A stretch of DNA of 64,000 nucleotides from Cycas panzhihuaensis. Its lineage: Eukaryota > Plantae > Cycadophyta. The notes beneath the pieces are model-generated. The model was given only the letters and a program-made list of their open reading frames with translations, had not been told where the DNA came from and did not search any database. How positions within the stretch are numbered: the first letter of the stretch is position 1; every line of letters begins with the position of its first letter. This document shows positions 11,461-23,139 of the stretch, piece after piece. Both the position numbers and the translations under genes were made by a program. Where the stretch lies: assembly GCA_023213395.1 (NCBI GenBank), contig CM041465.1, positions 77,197,741 to 77,261,740 of the forward strand, given 5' to 3'.

Positions 11461-12704
11461 AATTAGAAAATTTTCTTAGAAAATAACTATTTAAAAAGTA
11501 AAGTGCTTAAAAGAGAATGTTAACAAAGCATTAAAAGAAAGTAATATAAGGCACTGAAAGGCAATCAAGATTTATCCCACTTCACTTTTGGGACTTAGAA
11601 AAAATGTCCCAATTAGGACTCAACTGCCTCCAAAGTAAATTATTGTATTAATGAGAGTTTAGAATTTAAGTTTAGCTACCTTATATAATGGACATCATGT
11701 GAAAAGCCTAAAATTAGTATCAATTTTGATCATTAAAAAGCTAGATTAAATGACTTCAAAAAATTTTAAAGTTTTAACCACTCAGTAGATGAAAAAAAAG
11801 GAATCCAATGCTCTAGATGGGACTCAATTATGACATACAATGGCCAAGATATATATTAAAATATCTAAGAAAAAATTATCCTTTAATACATAAGGCTCAA
11901 AGAAATTTTACATCAAATTGAACCATTAAAAAGAACATTAAATGGAAACCAAATATAGTCATATGACCACTCATTTTATTTGACTGGAAGTATTCTTCAT
12001 CCTAAAACTTATAAAACTAAAATCTAACTTTGTTAGTGATAGTTATGGCTATTGAAATAGAGACAACTACTAATTTTGAAACAACTTCTTTAAACATAAC
12101 TTAGTCCCTTTTGAAAAAATGATTCTTGGTCGCTTGATTGTTGAATGTGACCTACTAGTTAGTGATAAAAGTGGGGACTGCTAGTGTTGGACTCTATAAG
12201 AATATTAAATTTCTTTAGAATGCATAAAATATGTGAATATAAATAAGGGCATATGTAGTTTTTTTCTACGTGGCTAGATTGATAGCATTAAAGATATGAA
12301 AAATACAAGGTTAACTCCATGAAATGGCAAAGAAGACAGTAACATGTCTTAGAACAATATGAGCTTAGAAATAATTAAGAATATCTTCTTCCATAGATGC
12401 AACAAGGATGCAAAATATTAAAAAAATATTATAGTAATATTTATAAAGTGATTAAAATATTTTGTACATGAAAGTTTATGCTATAATAGTCATAAGTATT
12501 AAAAAATAGCCACTAGGCAAAAGTTATGCATGTTAAAAGTAGATGCAAATATTTTATATAATAAACATTAGAAAGCTATGAAAAATTTAATGGAAGCCAA
12601 TGTAAATATCTATGTGCTTGAGCGTTACATGAACATAAAAGGTTAGATGCCATTGTACCTTAGTCATTGGCTTACTAGCAATCTATTGCACCTTCTTCGT
12701 ATAG

Positions 12705-13221
12705 TATGATAAGGTTCCCTTACTCACCTTTTTAAGTCAATTCACTAAGGATGGCCCCACTACCTTAGTTGGCATGAAATAGGAAAAGAGAAGAGGAATC
12801 ATCAATTGAGCTTTCCATGCCAAATAGCTAAAGGGTATGATTCTAATTGTAGTTGATTATGTTCATGATATGTTAGAAAGATTGAGTTTGGTTGTTAGCT
12901 AATCTTATACTAAAGAAATGGATGTATAAAAGGAATTTCACAATCTTGCTATAAATATTATTTCTCAAATGTCCTTTAGTAGCAATTATATCAAAGGGAA
13001 ACATATATTTGATGCTCAATCTAAACAAATGTTTCTAGCAATTAATGCTTCTTATAGTGTATATATTCTAGACTATAGATTCATGTCTACAAAAAAAGGA
13101 CTTTCACCTTTGGAAATTAGCTAGAGAGGTGAAAAGTTACTTGAGAGAGCTGATTAAAGGATAAAAGTAGGCTATGAGAATGGGAAGCTCTAAGGGCTAT
13201 GACAGGGATCTCCTTGGTCTC
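12705..13221 (+). pseudogene. Intronless cytochrome P450 fragment, CYP72 clan (CYP734A/CYP721/CYP709-like), inside the copia A leader
   Basis: + strand translation YDKVPLLTFLSQFTKDGPTTLVGMK*EKRRGIIN*AFHAK*LKGMILIVVDYVHDMLERL...KEMDV*KEFHNLAINIISQMSFSSNYIKGKHIFDAQSKQMFLAINASYSVYILDYRFMSTKK, then a +1 shift, then DFHLWKLAREVKSYLRELIKG*K*AMRMGSSKGYDRDLLGL. This follows the CYP72-clan pattern GEKW..RR.I.PAFH...LKGM...EIDV.KEF..L..D.ISRTAFGS.Y..GK.IF..Q......SVYIPG.RFLPT......W.L..E....L..LI.........YG.DLLGL. Confidence 0.88.
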
Positions 13222-13735
13222 CAGAAAAGATGGTAGAAATAAGGATGCTACAGTTAAAGAAGCTATAGGCTTTTGAAGTATAAAGAAGAAATTAATGGCT
13301 TCAATTTAGACTTTGGCAAGAAGTTAAAAAGAAAATTGGTCAAGAATTAGGTGAGCCAAAAGATATTGTATGTGTAAACTAAATTGAAAAGAGAGACAAT
13401 GCAAAGATATAAATAAACTAGTAAATTGCCATACACAAAGGAGTAGGCTTCTAATCAAATGTGTTAGGAGTGCTATGGCTTAAATACAATGATATTATGT
13501 ATACATCTGAATGAATGAATAATGTAAGTGATAAAATACAAAATGAGAGCCACAAATAATGTAAATGATATACTAAATTAATAGAAAGAGTATGTATACC
13601 AATAATACATTCTACAGACTCCTCATAAACTCCTCCTTAGATAGCTTCTTGAATGTGGCTCTAAACTCTTAAGTAATGGATTTGGATATCTCAACAATGA
13701 TCTACAAATAAGAAAGATGACTTTGAATGACTAAA

Positions 13736-13751
13736 CCTGGCTTTGATACCA
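13736..13751 (-). promoter_or_regulatory. Primer-binding site (tRNA-iMet type) of copia A
   Basis: Minus strand TGGTATCAAAGCCAGG versus canonical TGGTATCAGAGC, 2 nt from the LTR. Confidence 0.85.
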
Positions 13752-13753
13752 AA

Positions 13754-14053
13754 TGATGGAATCAAGGGATAGAGGAAACAAAATAGGAATATAGAAAGGA
13801 GATAACCATCAATCCCATGAGAGTGGTGGTATTGATAGGGTCTTCAAATCTTATGAATAAATAAGAAGGACTACGTGGGATGTGGAACACCACATAAAGT
13901 CCACCACCAATTGGCATTGACGAATGTCAGATATGTTGCTATTAAGATTTGGTATAGTGCTGCCATAATATCTCTACCAATCTAGGTTATTACCCCAATG
14001 TGGGTAATCAACCCAAAGTAGATGCGAGCCCTAATATGGGCATTATTCCAACA
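13754..14053 (-). repeat. 5' LTR of copia A
   Basis: TG...CA termini and adjacent to the PBS. Confidence 0.9.
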
Positions 14054-15143
14054 ACATCAACTTACAAATAATAAAATTAACCAAAATTTATTTGTATGAT
14101 AGATAAAGGTTTTTGTAATGCGAGGACAACTAGATTACAATAATGTTATGATGGCTATATATGAAAAATCTTTGTCATATCTTCAAATTACACCCAAAGA
14201 ATATTTTTGCATTTGGATAATGACTGTAAAATATTGAGTTAAAAATAACAAATATGATCAGTAACCAACAAAATAGAATACTAATCAAACCAACAAATTA
14301 GAGCATATTTTACATAAATCCTACATTAATATAAAAAAAAAAATATGGCTCATATTTGAGATGTTAGGATAACTAATCCCATGGTTCATTATCACATTAG
14401 CAGGCCTTTAATTTTTTGTAATTTATCTCCTTGTTGTTCTAGATCTATAGCCTCAAAATTATAATATGAAACTACTTAACTTAATAGATAAATCCTATGA
14501 ATAAATTGGGCAATCCCTTAAGGGATCAAGACCTAAATAAGTACAATATAATAATCAAGGAATATTTGAGAGTTATGTGAGCATGAATGGGGGACTTAGA
14601 CAATGACTAATGTATTAAACATTAGTTTAAATATTATACCCAATATATGCTATTGATAATGAGTGAAAATTATCTTTTATTGTTAGAGCCAAAATAAGTT
14701 TCTTTGACAAGCTATCTTGAAGTTGAGATAGATCTATAAATAAGCTAATCAAGAAGTGCATTAACTAATCACAAAAATAAGTATATAAGATTTAAAATCC
14801 TGGGAAATAAATAGTATAAAACTTTACTACTGTTTCTTAGACTTTTAATGTCACTCTACAAAGCCTAGATGATGGTCCTCTTAACTTTTAAATTATTAAT
14901 CTCTTCTAAGATAGAGTTAAGCTTCTTCTCTTCCTATTAGCTTTCTACTATAAAATTGGCCAAAAGGTTAACTACGTCATTCACTTCTCTCCTAATATGG
15001 TTGAAAGTGGGCTCCTTAAATTGAATGCTAAGGTTAACCATTTCATTGAGGATAAAAACGATCCTTCAAATTTTGAACTCAACTCTATTTCCAATTATTT
15101 AGAGTGATTGAATGATAATTTTATAGTCACATTCTAAGTAAAC

Positions 15144-17628
15144 TATAATAGGCCAGCACTTATTACCATAATAATATATGAAGAAGAGTAAGAATATCAA
15201 AGGGATGTAGGTGGATGGAGTGGGATATGGAAGTGGTACATCGAAAGATAACTAAAGGAGATCAGAATAAATCCCAATAAGATTATATTCATTAATGTAA
15301 GATTACAATGAGTAGGGTTCCATATATATAGAAGGATCACCCTATTATTATATTGTTCTGCCATTAAGCTAACTAATTATATATTTCTCTTATTATTAAA
15401 TCCTCATAATATTAACCTACTTAACCTTCAAATACATTAATCCTCTAATATGTCATGAAGGCTCAACACATGCTATTTCCCCTTAAATGCTTTTTCTTCA
15501 AAGTATCTTAATATAGAAAATGTATTTAACCACCACCTACTTTTGACATTATGTCTAGTGTAGTGGTTTGATCCTAAATAGAAATTATTCTTTGCTACTT
15601 TTTTAGTAAAGAATGATAAATACCATATGGAATCTCTATTTTGTAATAAGTAGAATGGGGCAAGCCATTCAACTTGGTAGCATCATAGAATACATTTGGT
15701 CCTGTGGTATAATAAATGGAAGTTTGACAAAAACTAGGGCCTAAATATTTTTGCAACTTGAATGTTTATGGCATCCACTTGATACTTATACTTTTAAGTA
15801 AAGGGATTTTAGCCTACTAATTTAAAGTTGGTGAAAAAGAATAATTAACCTTAATTATTAGGGATAGAAGAGATTTAGTTTCTTTTATATCTTCTTCTTC
15901 TTCTTCTTTTTCTTCCTCTTGCTTAACCTTTTCTATCATAAGTGCACTTTGAATAAAAATGAGATCTTTAATATGCTGGCAGAGAACAAAAGTGAGGAGA
16001 TTCTATTTTACCTTGATATGATCAAAGTACCACTAACATGCTTGCCACTAAAGGTCAAATTATAATTGCCAAAGACTTTAACGAATCTTATCATATTTAT
16101 TAGTTAAGTTCACCTCCTCAAAGTAGGTGAGTAAAGTTGTGCACTAATCATCAAAAGTGATTAAACCATGAAGACTAAAATTAAAATGTTTCATGTAAGA
16201 CCCTATTTTCTTTTAAAGCTTCATCTTAAAAGATACCTAATCCAATTTTGGTTATGAGCCATACCATTCCTAAGTCTTTCTATGAAGGTCCTCCATCAAG
16301 TATTCTATGATAAATATAAAATTTTCATGATCATCCTTAAAGTAATATTCTTCAAAGACTTACTCAAAAGGAACAACCTAACCACAAATCTAAATATGAC
16401 CATTCATCCTAAAGTATGAGAGATTAAGGCCATCATCATAAGGAACAAAGAGTTGTTCAAATTCAAAACACTAATCTCCAAGACCCTTACCCTCAAAATA
16501 TGGGAATTTAGATACATATGTCCCATGAAAATAAGGATGAAGAAGGGTTTTGATGATGAGTATTTTTTTATCTTTTTTAATATTTTGATTACAAAGGAGA
16601 TATTAGAAGCTCAAGAGTAATGGTTTTGTAATCAAAGTTTGAATGGCCTTTAGAAAATATAAAATAAACTTTATAAAGTATTATATATTTAAAAAATCTT
16701 AACTTTAAAATTTAATATCTAAAATAAAATAACTCCAAAGTGTATAAAATAATGGACTCTAAATTACAATTCTAATGGTTTAAGTAGAATTGAATTATGA
16801 CACCTATATCAAAAGATATACCTATTTTAAGAAGGTTTACTCTTAAGGTTTCTAGGACTACAATAATACCTTTTGATAAAATACTACTAACTTTCTACTC
16901 AAACTTTTGATTAGCTTAATACTATTTCTAATGGAAATTAAAACTTAAAACACCTAAAATAATAAAATATTTAAGGTCAATTAGATACCTATAGTTAAAG
17001 TTATCATTATTTAAAGTTGAGGTAGAAAATTTAGATCTAAAGGTGGTCATAAAAAATAGGTTGAAATAAAATCTATTATAATGTCTACAAATTTTCCTTA
17101 ATACCTATAATATAACCACTCAAGAAATATAAAACATGGTTTTTTATCTTGAATTTATTATTATTTCTTTAAAATTATTTTATTTATACTTTTGAAAATA
17201 TATATCTTTAACATGCTAAAACCCTTTCTAAAAAAAAGAAAAAATCTTCTTTTTCTTCTAAGTAACCTTACTTTAATGCCACATGTAATAGAATAACACT
17301 CATTACCATAGTAATATGTGAAGAAGAGAAAGAATGCTAAAGGGATAGAGATAGATGGGGTGGGAGATAGAAGTAAAGAGCATTGAAAGAGAACCAAAGG
17401 ATACTAAAGTGAACCCCAACAAGATTATATTCATCGATATAAGATTATAATGAGTAGGGTGTCATATATATAGTAGGATCATCCCATTATTATATTGTTC
17501 TATTGATAATCTAATAAATCATATATTTCCCCTATTATTAAATACTCATAATATTAACCTACTTAACCCTTAACCTTCTTAACCTCTTAACATATTAATC
17601 CTCTAATATGTGGTGAAATCTTACCACA
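15144..17628 (-). mobile_element. Non-autonomous gag-only LTR element (TR-GAG-like, gypsy-derived), 2.5 kb
   Basis: LTRs at 15144-15470 and 17284-17628. TSD taaac/caaac. PBS tggcattaaagt (17270-17281). PPT aaggggaaa next to 15470. No pol domains recognised. Confidence 0.85.
15475..16560 (-). pseudogene. Degenerate gag-like ORF of the 2.5 kb element
   Basis: One frame of about 360 codons with deamination-type stops. Contains KFPYFEGKGLGD*CFEFEQLF (gag FPxFxG...W motif), an acidic EEEKEEEEED tract, and ends FEEKAFKGK at the PPT. Confidence 0.6.
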
Positions 17629-17774
17629 CAAACCTACTCCACTCTAGATAGTTTAACTACCTTAAGAATAAAAAAACTTGTTAAAGATTCCATGACATTG
17701 TGAGTGGATTCTCTTATATTTTAAGAAAATAAATTCTAAATCTTTTTATTGTGATCCCTGATTATACCACTAAT

Positions 17775-18269
17775 CAAAGAGAAAATGTAATTGTAGAAGT
17801 AATGTATTAATAGAACTCTAAACCATGTAAAGAATAAATAGTATAAATAAACTAAGCACACAAAAAAAAACACCAAGAGATTCCGGTTTAAGCATAAACT
17901 TTTTATTAATCTGAGTAACAACTAAAGAATTATAGAGTTGAAAACCCCAACTATTCTCATCAACTTATCAAAGACTTATCTAGTCTTTTACATATATTAT
18001 TACATAAGAATATATAGATATAACTTTACAAGATACTACCTTACAGTTTTACAATACAATGGACATAAACCATGGGTAAAAAAAAACCCCCATAAGACAC
18101 CCAAAAATTTTCTTTAGGGTTGCTACCCCTAAACCCCCACCTAGAGGGCTACTAGCACCTTAAACCCCCTTTCTAGGGGCCTTATAATAGGCCCTTGGAC
18201 CCCAAAAAATGACTTAGGTGTAACACCTATTCCCATGTAACGCTTGTAAAGTGTTCAACATATTTAACA
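17775..18269 (-). mobile_element. Solo LTR of the copia E family
   Basis: Reverse complement aligns with the LTRs at 57634-58125 and 62177-62640. Flanks ctaat/gtaat. The LINE RNase H frame resumes on both sides. Confidence 0.9.
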
Positions 18270-21200
18270 GTAATGCTAGCTGTACTTGGACTTTCCTTAG
18301 AAGCACCATTAAAGTTAGCTTTAAAAGTGACTTCCTTTAGAGGCTCTTAGAGATACTTACATCTACCTTATTAATTGTTTAGCCTTTATCAAGTTTTTGA
18401 GTTCTTCTTAATCACTCATAATTAATCAACTTAGATGGCATCCTAGTTAGACTAAGTCAAGTCCTCTTCCTTCTAAACTTTAGTAGCCAACGTCTCCATA
18501 ATGTTACTAATGGGTCTCTGAACCACCTGGGCTATAGACCTAGATTGAATTCTAAAAATTCTTCCATTGTATTCTTTCCAAATATTCTCCATAATAAGAC
18601 CATGAATAATATCCCAACCCTTCTAAAGAAACCTAAAGCCAATTTTGAGGTTATTCAATCCCTCTAAGAAATCTTGAATCCTTAAACTTCTCATAATCAA
18701 TAATTTAAACATAATTTCTATTTGGTCCCAATATTAACTAGTGATTCTACACCTTAAAGAAAGGTGTTTGATATCCTCTTTTGCCTCAACAAAGATGGAA
18801 TAAATTAAAGGACTTCCCATTTCTCTCTTCCTAATATTTTTTCCAAGTAAGGATATTGTTATAGGCTATTAACCATAAAAAGATAGAGATTTTAGGCTAT
18901 AAGTCTAACTACCAGATTTATAGCCATGATTTATTAGAGCTTGTCCTTACCTCATTTGTAACACAAAAATCATATGATTATTTAACAAAGGTGAAGCCTA
19001 TCCCCTTATAACCCTATATTAAAACATCCAAGCCAGGCCTAGTAGGAAGAACTCTTCTTTGGAGAAGGCCCCATAACCTCTCTTTATATTCCACTAAAAG
19101 AACCTCTATCCAAGTTTCTAATAAACTCCATAATCTATTGATAGGAGACATAATAATATCCCTAATAGAATCATCTATTAGGTGGTTTTTAATCCTAGTC
19201 CATCTTATTCTCAAACATGCCATCATAAAATTGGTCAAATCACCATGATTGATAAGGGGCTCAAATTCATCCCAAGAGACTTCCTAAAATAAAGCTTCCT
19301 CACCATTCTTGATCTCTTAGAAGATATTAGATTATATGATATCTAGGATTTGGTTGGCCACATTCTAAATAAACAAGCCTCAAAGGGGATAAAATTTTTT
19401 ATTAAGTCTTTACAAGATATACCATTTACATACTTTTCTTTCTAAATTTAAGCCCATAACATTGGTTTATTTATCATCCATCTTTGTAGTTATTTAGCAT
19501 TAAAGTTTTTATTAAAAGGATTGAGGTGTTTAATATTAAGGCCACCTTGGTCTTTTAAAGCATACCCCTTTTCTAAGATGCTAATGACCATTTACTAGAT
19601 GAGGGCTTCCCTATTAAAATTTCTTTTGAATGGTTCTTATACTATTAATAATCTTAAGTGGAGCAACTAGACCCAAGAAATTCTAGAGGGGAATGACTTG
19701 AAGAACTGATTTGATGGCCACCATTCTTCCAACTGTAAAGAAGATGAAGATGCCAACTTAACAATTTATTTTTTATCTTAATATCTCCTCCTAAGCATTG
19801 TTTCTTTGTAAATTCTCCACCACAGGAATACCCAAGTATTTTTATGGAAGAAAGGCTATAGAAAAATTTAGGACTCTACTGATATTCTTCTAATCTAAGG
19901 ATGGGTATTAAAAAATAATTTTTTTGATTTTCTTTCATTGATAACATCCTCTAAGGCTTGGAAAACAGCATCCACAACTCTTTTTAAATCCCTAGCCTTT
20001 ATAATTAGAGTAGTAGCCATAATAAAAATATCATCAATAAGCTATAGATGAGAAAACACCTCTAAATTATGAGTAAGATGGATCCTTTTAATCTACTTGT
20101 CTTATCTTAGCTTCATAATGAATCTTCTAAGGTCCTCTGTCATAATAATAAAAAGGTATGGGGATAGGAGGTCACCCTATCTTATCCCCTTTGAAGACAA
20201 ATATAGTTAGGTAGAATAATAGATATTTATTGTAAAATACCTATATTAAAATAAAAATAGTTAAGTATAAATTAAATATTCAATTGCATAATAGACCAAA
20301 AGTAAAACATGATAGCCCACATAATGCCACTTTATACCATTAATCACAAACTATGGGGTAAAATAACCACTAGCATAATTTTGAACCTTTATTACAACGT
20401 TGCCACATTGAATTTACATGAATAGTAATATAATCATATTTTTCATATTTATTGCCTTAAATATAATTATGACAACATCCTTTATATTCTAAAGATGAGG
20501 ATTTGATAAGAGATATTGATTTTGAGCTCATTTAGTCTTCATTTTTTAGATGTTTATTTTATTATTGCCACTTAAGTATTGAATGAGTAATTTTTAAATA
20601 ATAGGCTCTTCCATGGTATTTGGGATAAACTTGAGGGGCCACCACTATTAAATTTGATTATGAAACTTAAATAATAATAAAAATAAGTAGATGAAATAAT
20701 ACATATAAAAACATATAGAGGAAAAATCTAAAACAAATGCTCTCAAAGGGCACATTCCAATTTAAGTTTTTTTATCTTTTTATATTTCCAAGCATAGATT
20801 GGCCACTAAAATTAATAAGTTAGCTCAAGTTAGTTTATGATTTGATATAAGCCCTCCTATATTAAGAGAAAATTTTTCCAATAATGCTCAAGATTTTGGT
20901 TGATGAATTTTATAAATTATCATGTAGCATCTTCTTCTAGTAGTCTCTTCAACTCGATGAGATAGTAAATTATTGTCCTACATTAGAGTGCCATTTATCA
21001 CCTCTCAAGTATATTATGTGGTTGAATAATCACCCCTTCTTATTCATTGGCATTAGGTAGTTATATATGAGTTCTGACATCGGGCTTCAACCTTTTCTTT
21101 ACACATGAAACATGGAATACATTATGAATCTAATTTTATAGAGGTGGATTGAGAGTTAAACCAATTATTATGTTGTTGGTACCATTATGGTTTCTTGCAA

Positions 21201-22624
21201 ATTGATAATCATGCTTGGTGTTTTATAGCCATATAGTGCTATAAGTAGGACCATCTATATTATGGAATGATGGTTGGTATTATACTAATATCCTTTTAGG
21301 TGAACCCATTTCATCTATTTGTTCTAGCTTTCTTTGACATAGCATCTTTGTTTACCCATGTATTTATGGATGACATGATGTGCTCATATCGATTTTATCT
21401 GTACCAATCTGAAGAGTTCCTTTTAAAGACTACTAGTAAAATTTGGATCTTGATTGCATATGATTTTCCTTGGAAAAGAATAAAATTTATAGATATTTTT
21501 CATAAAAAGGTCAACAATCTATGGATTGGTGTATATAGATTTCATTAGAATGAAGCTAATATACTTAGTGAGGTGGTTAATGACCATACATATTGCATTC
21601 TTTCCTTTAAACTTTAGAATTCTTGTAATGGAGTGTACTAGTATTTCTTCCTAATTTTCATATAGACACTACAACAATTAAAATAATCCTAGCATTTACA
21701 TGTGTTCTACCTTTTATCTTTGGTAAGTATTATACTCAATAACAAAGATTTTTATATCATTATTTATACCTTCTTAGTAAAAAGATCATTTTACCCTTTT
21801 ATATCTTTTGGAGAACACAATGTGCCTTACTTCTAAGGTTCAATGATATTCTTGGAGTATCCTGCTCATAAACTTTGAAGTCTTTGGCACATATATCTTG
21901 CTTTTATATAATAAGGTTCTTCCATTAATATTTTAGTGTGGCTTTACTACTCTACTATTGTATCCCTTTATCCATCGATTGGCCTTTTGATTAGTTATAG
22001 ACTCTTACTAAAGCTCTTCTAACCATGAGGTTCATACAATTGATATTATTTCATAATTTCATTCTTTATATTATTCCACCTCTATTTTTGCTTGAAGAGT
22101 TTTGGTTATAAAATAAAGTATTTTAAGCTCTAATGATCTTTCTTTATCATAAATTTATTCCCTAATAGTATTTTCTCCATTTTTCTAGTGTATGAAGAAT
22201 TGCAATAATCTTACCTCCTCCCTTAAGTTGAACTTCTTATTCTTATATGCAATGCATTCATCATTTAGAAGGAGTATAACATCAATCATAGTTCTTGAGG
22301 CATCATATTTGATTGTAAAATATTAAAAAAAGTTAGGTATAATGAGGATTGACACTATGGTTGCTATTATTTTAAGGTTGTTAAAACTTTGCCAACTATA
22401 CCACCCCACTTGAAATCATATTTTTTACATAAATTAATAAGCAGTGCTACCCTGGTGATCTACCCCTTTGTAAACTTCTTATTATACCTAGTTAAACATA
22501 AATAAAACTATACCTTTAATATGCATTTTGAATAGACCAATTAATGGCTTCTTGAACCTTAGTGAGGTCAATCTAGGGTCCTTCTTGAGATATTATGTGG
22601 ATAAGTTATTCTAATATATACCAT

Positions 22625-23081
22625 TGTAGAAAAGTGGGCACATGCACAATGCCATCACAAGATCACATAGTAAGCAAATATATGTAACAAAATGACACTA
22701 CACATATACACCAGTTTGACAGGTGGAAAACCCCTTCTAGGGATGAAAAACCACCTCCTAAAGTTGTAGTTTTATTAAGAAAATTTGAGAAATAGAAAAC
22801 CATTTACATAAACCACCTAACCACCAAACTAGCATTGTAAAAGGCATTTAGACAGCCCTCCTAGATTCTCAGAACCACTTCCTTGAATCTAGGAGAAGAA
22901 TTTATACAAAGAAAGGTTCGTTGAAATGCAGTTCTACATTTCAACCACCTTCCATATAAGATTAAATAATAAACACTAAAGTTAAATATTATAATAACTT
23001 AAATACAAATTTAGAAATGTGACTTAAATATAAACTTTAAAAAAAGAACATAAAAGTTACATTACATTAATATTCCTAACA
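22625..23081 (-). repeat. 3' LTR of copia B
   Basis: TGTAGA...CCTAACA with the PPT adjacent. Confidence 0.95.
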
Positions 23082-23139
23082 TCCCCCTTTAATGTAAACT
23101 TTTATGCTATAGAAAAAGAAGGTCTTGATCATGGTGATC

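Larger units (their letters stand above)
1751..14053 (-). mobile_element. Ty1/copia LTR retrotransposon A (degenerate; hosts LINE-1a and a P450 fragment)
   Basis: Paired LTRs at 1751-2038 and 13754-14053 (TGATGGAATC...TTCCAACA). PBS tggtatcaaagcc and PPT ataggggagaa on the minus strand. Flanks atatt/acatc differ only by two C>T changes (degenerate TSD). Copia gag-PR-INT-RT-RH order. Confidence 0.93.
14850..20200 (-). mobile_element. Old 5'-truncated L1 LINE (LINE-1c) with RNase H, split by two LTR insertions; ends approximate
   Basis: Begins near SSKGIR*GDLLSPYLFII (about 20200). The RNase H reads FKANFNGASK...SI, then a solo LTR, then GIIRDHNKKI...THNVME...V, then the 2.5 kb element, then VYLECD...FNHIRREVNDVVNLLAN. 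Confidence 0.82.

Noticed and set aside
12215-12365. Possible PPR-gene fragments in the copia A leader (KYVNINK.YVVF and EMAKK...S*NNM)
   Set aside because: Needs several frameshifts and the motifs are too short to support by eye. Worth a BLASTX but not called.
17755-17770. PBS-like tggtataatcagg next to the 17775 LTR
   Set aside because: It encodes GIIRD of the LINE RNase H. The LTR is solo with a TSD.
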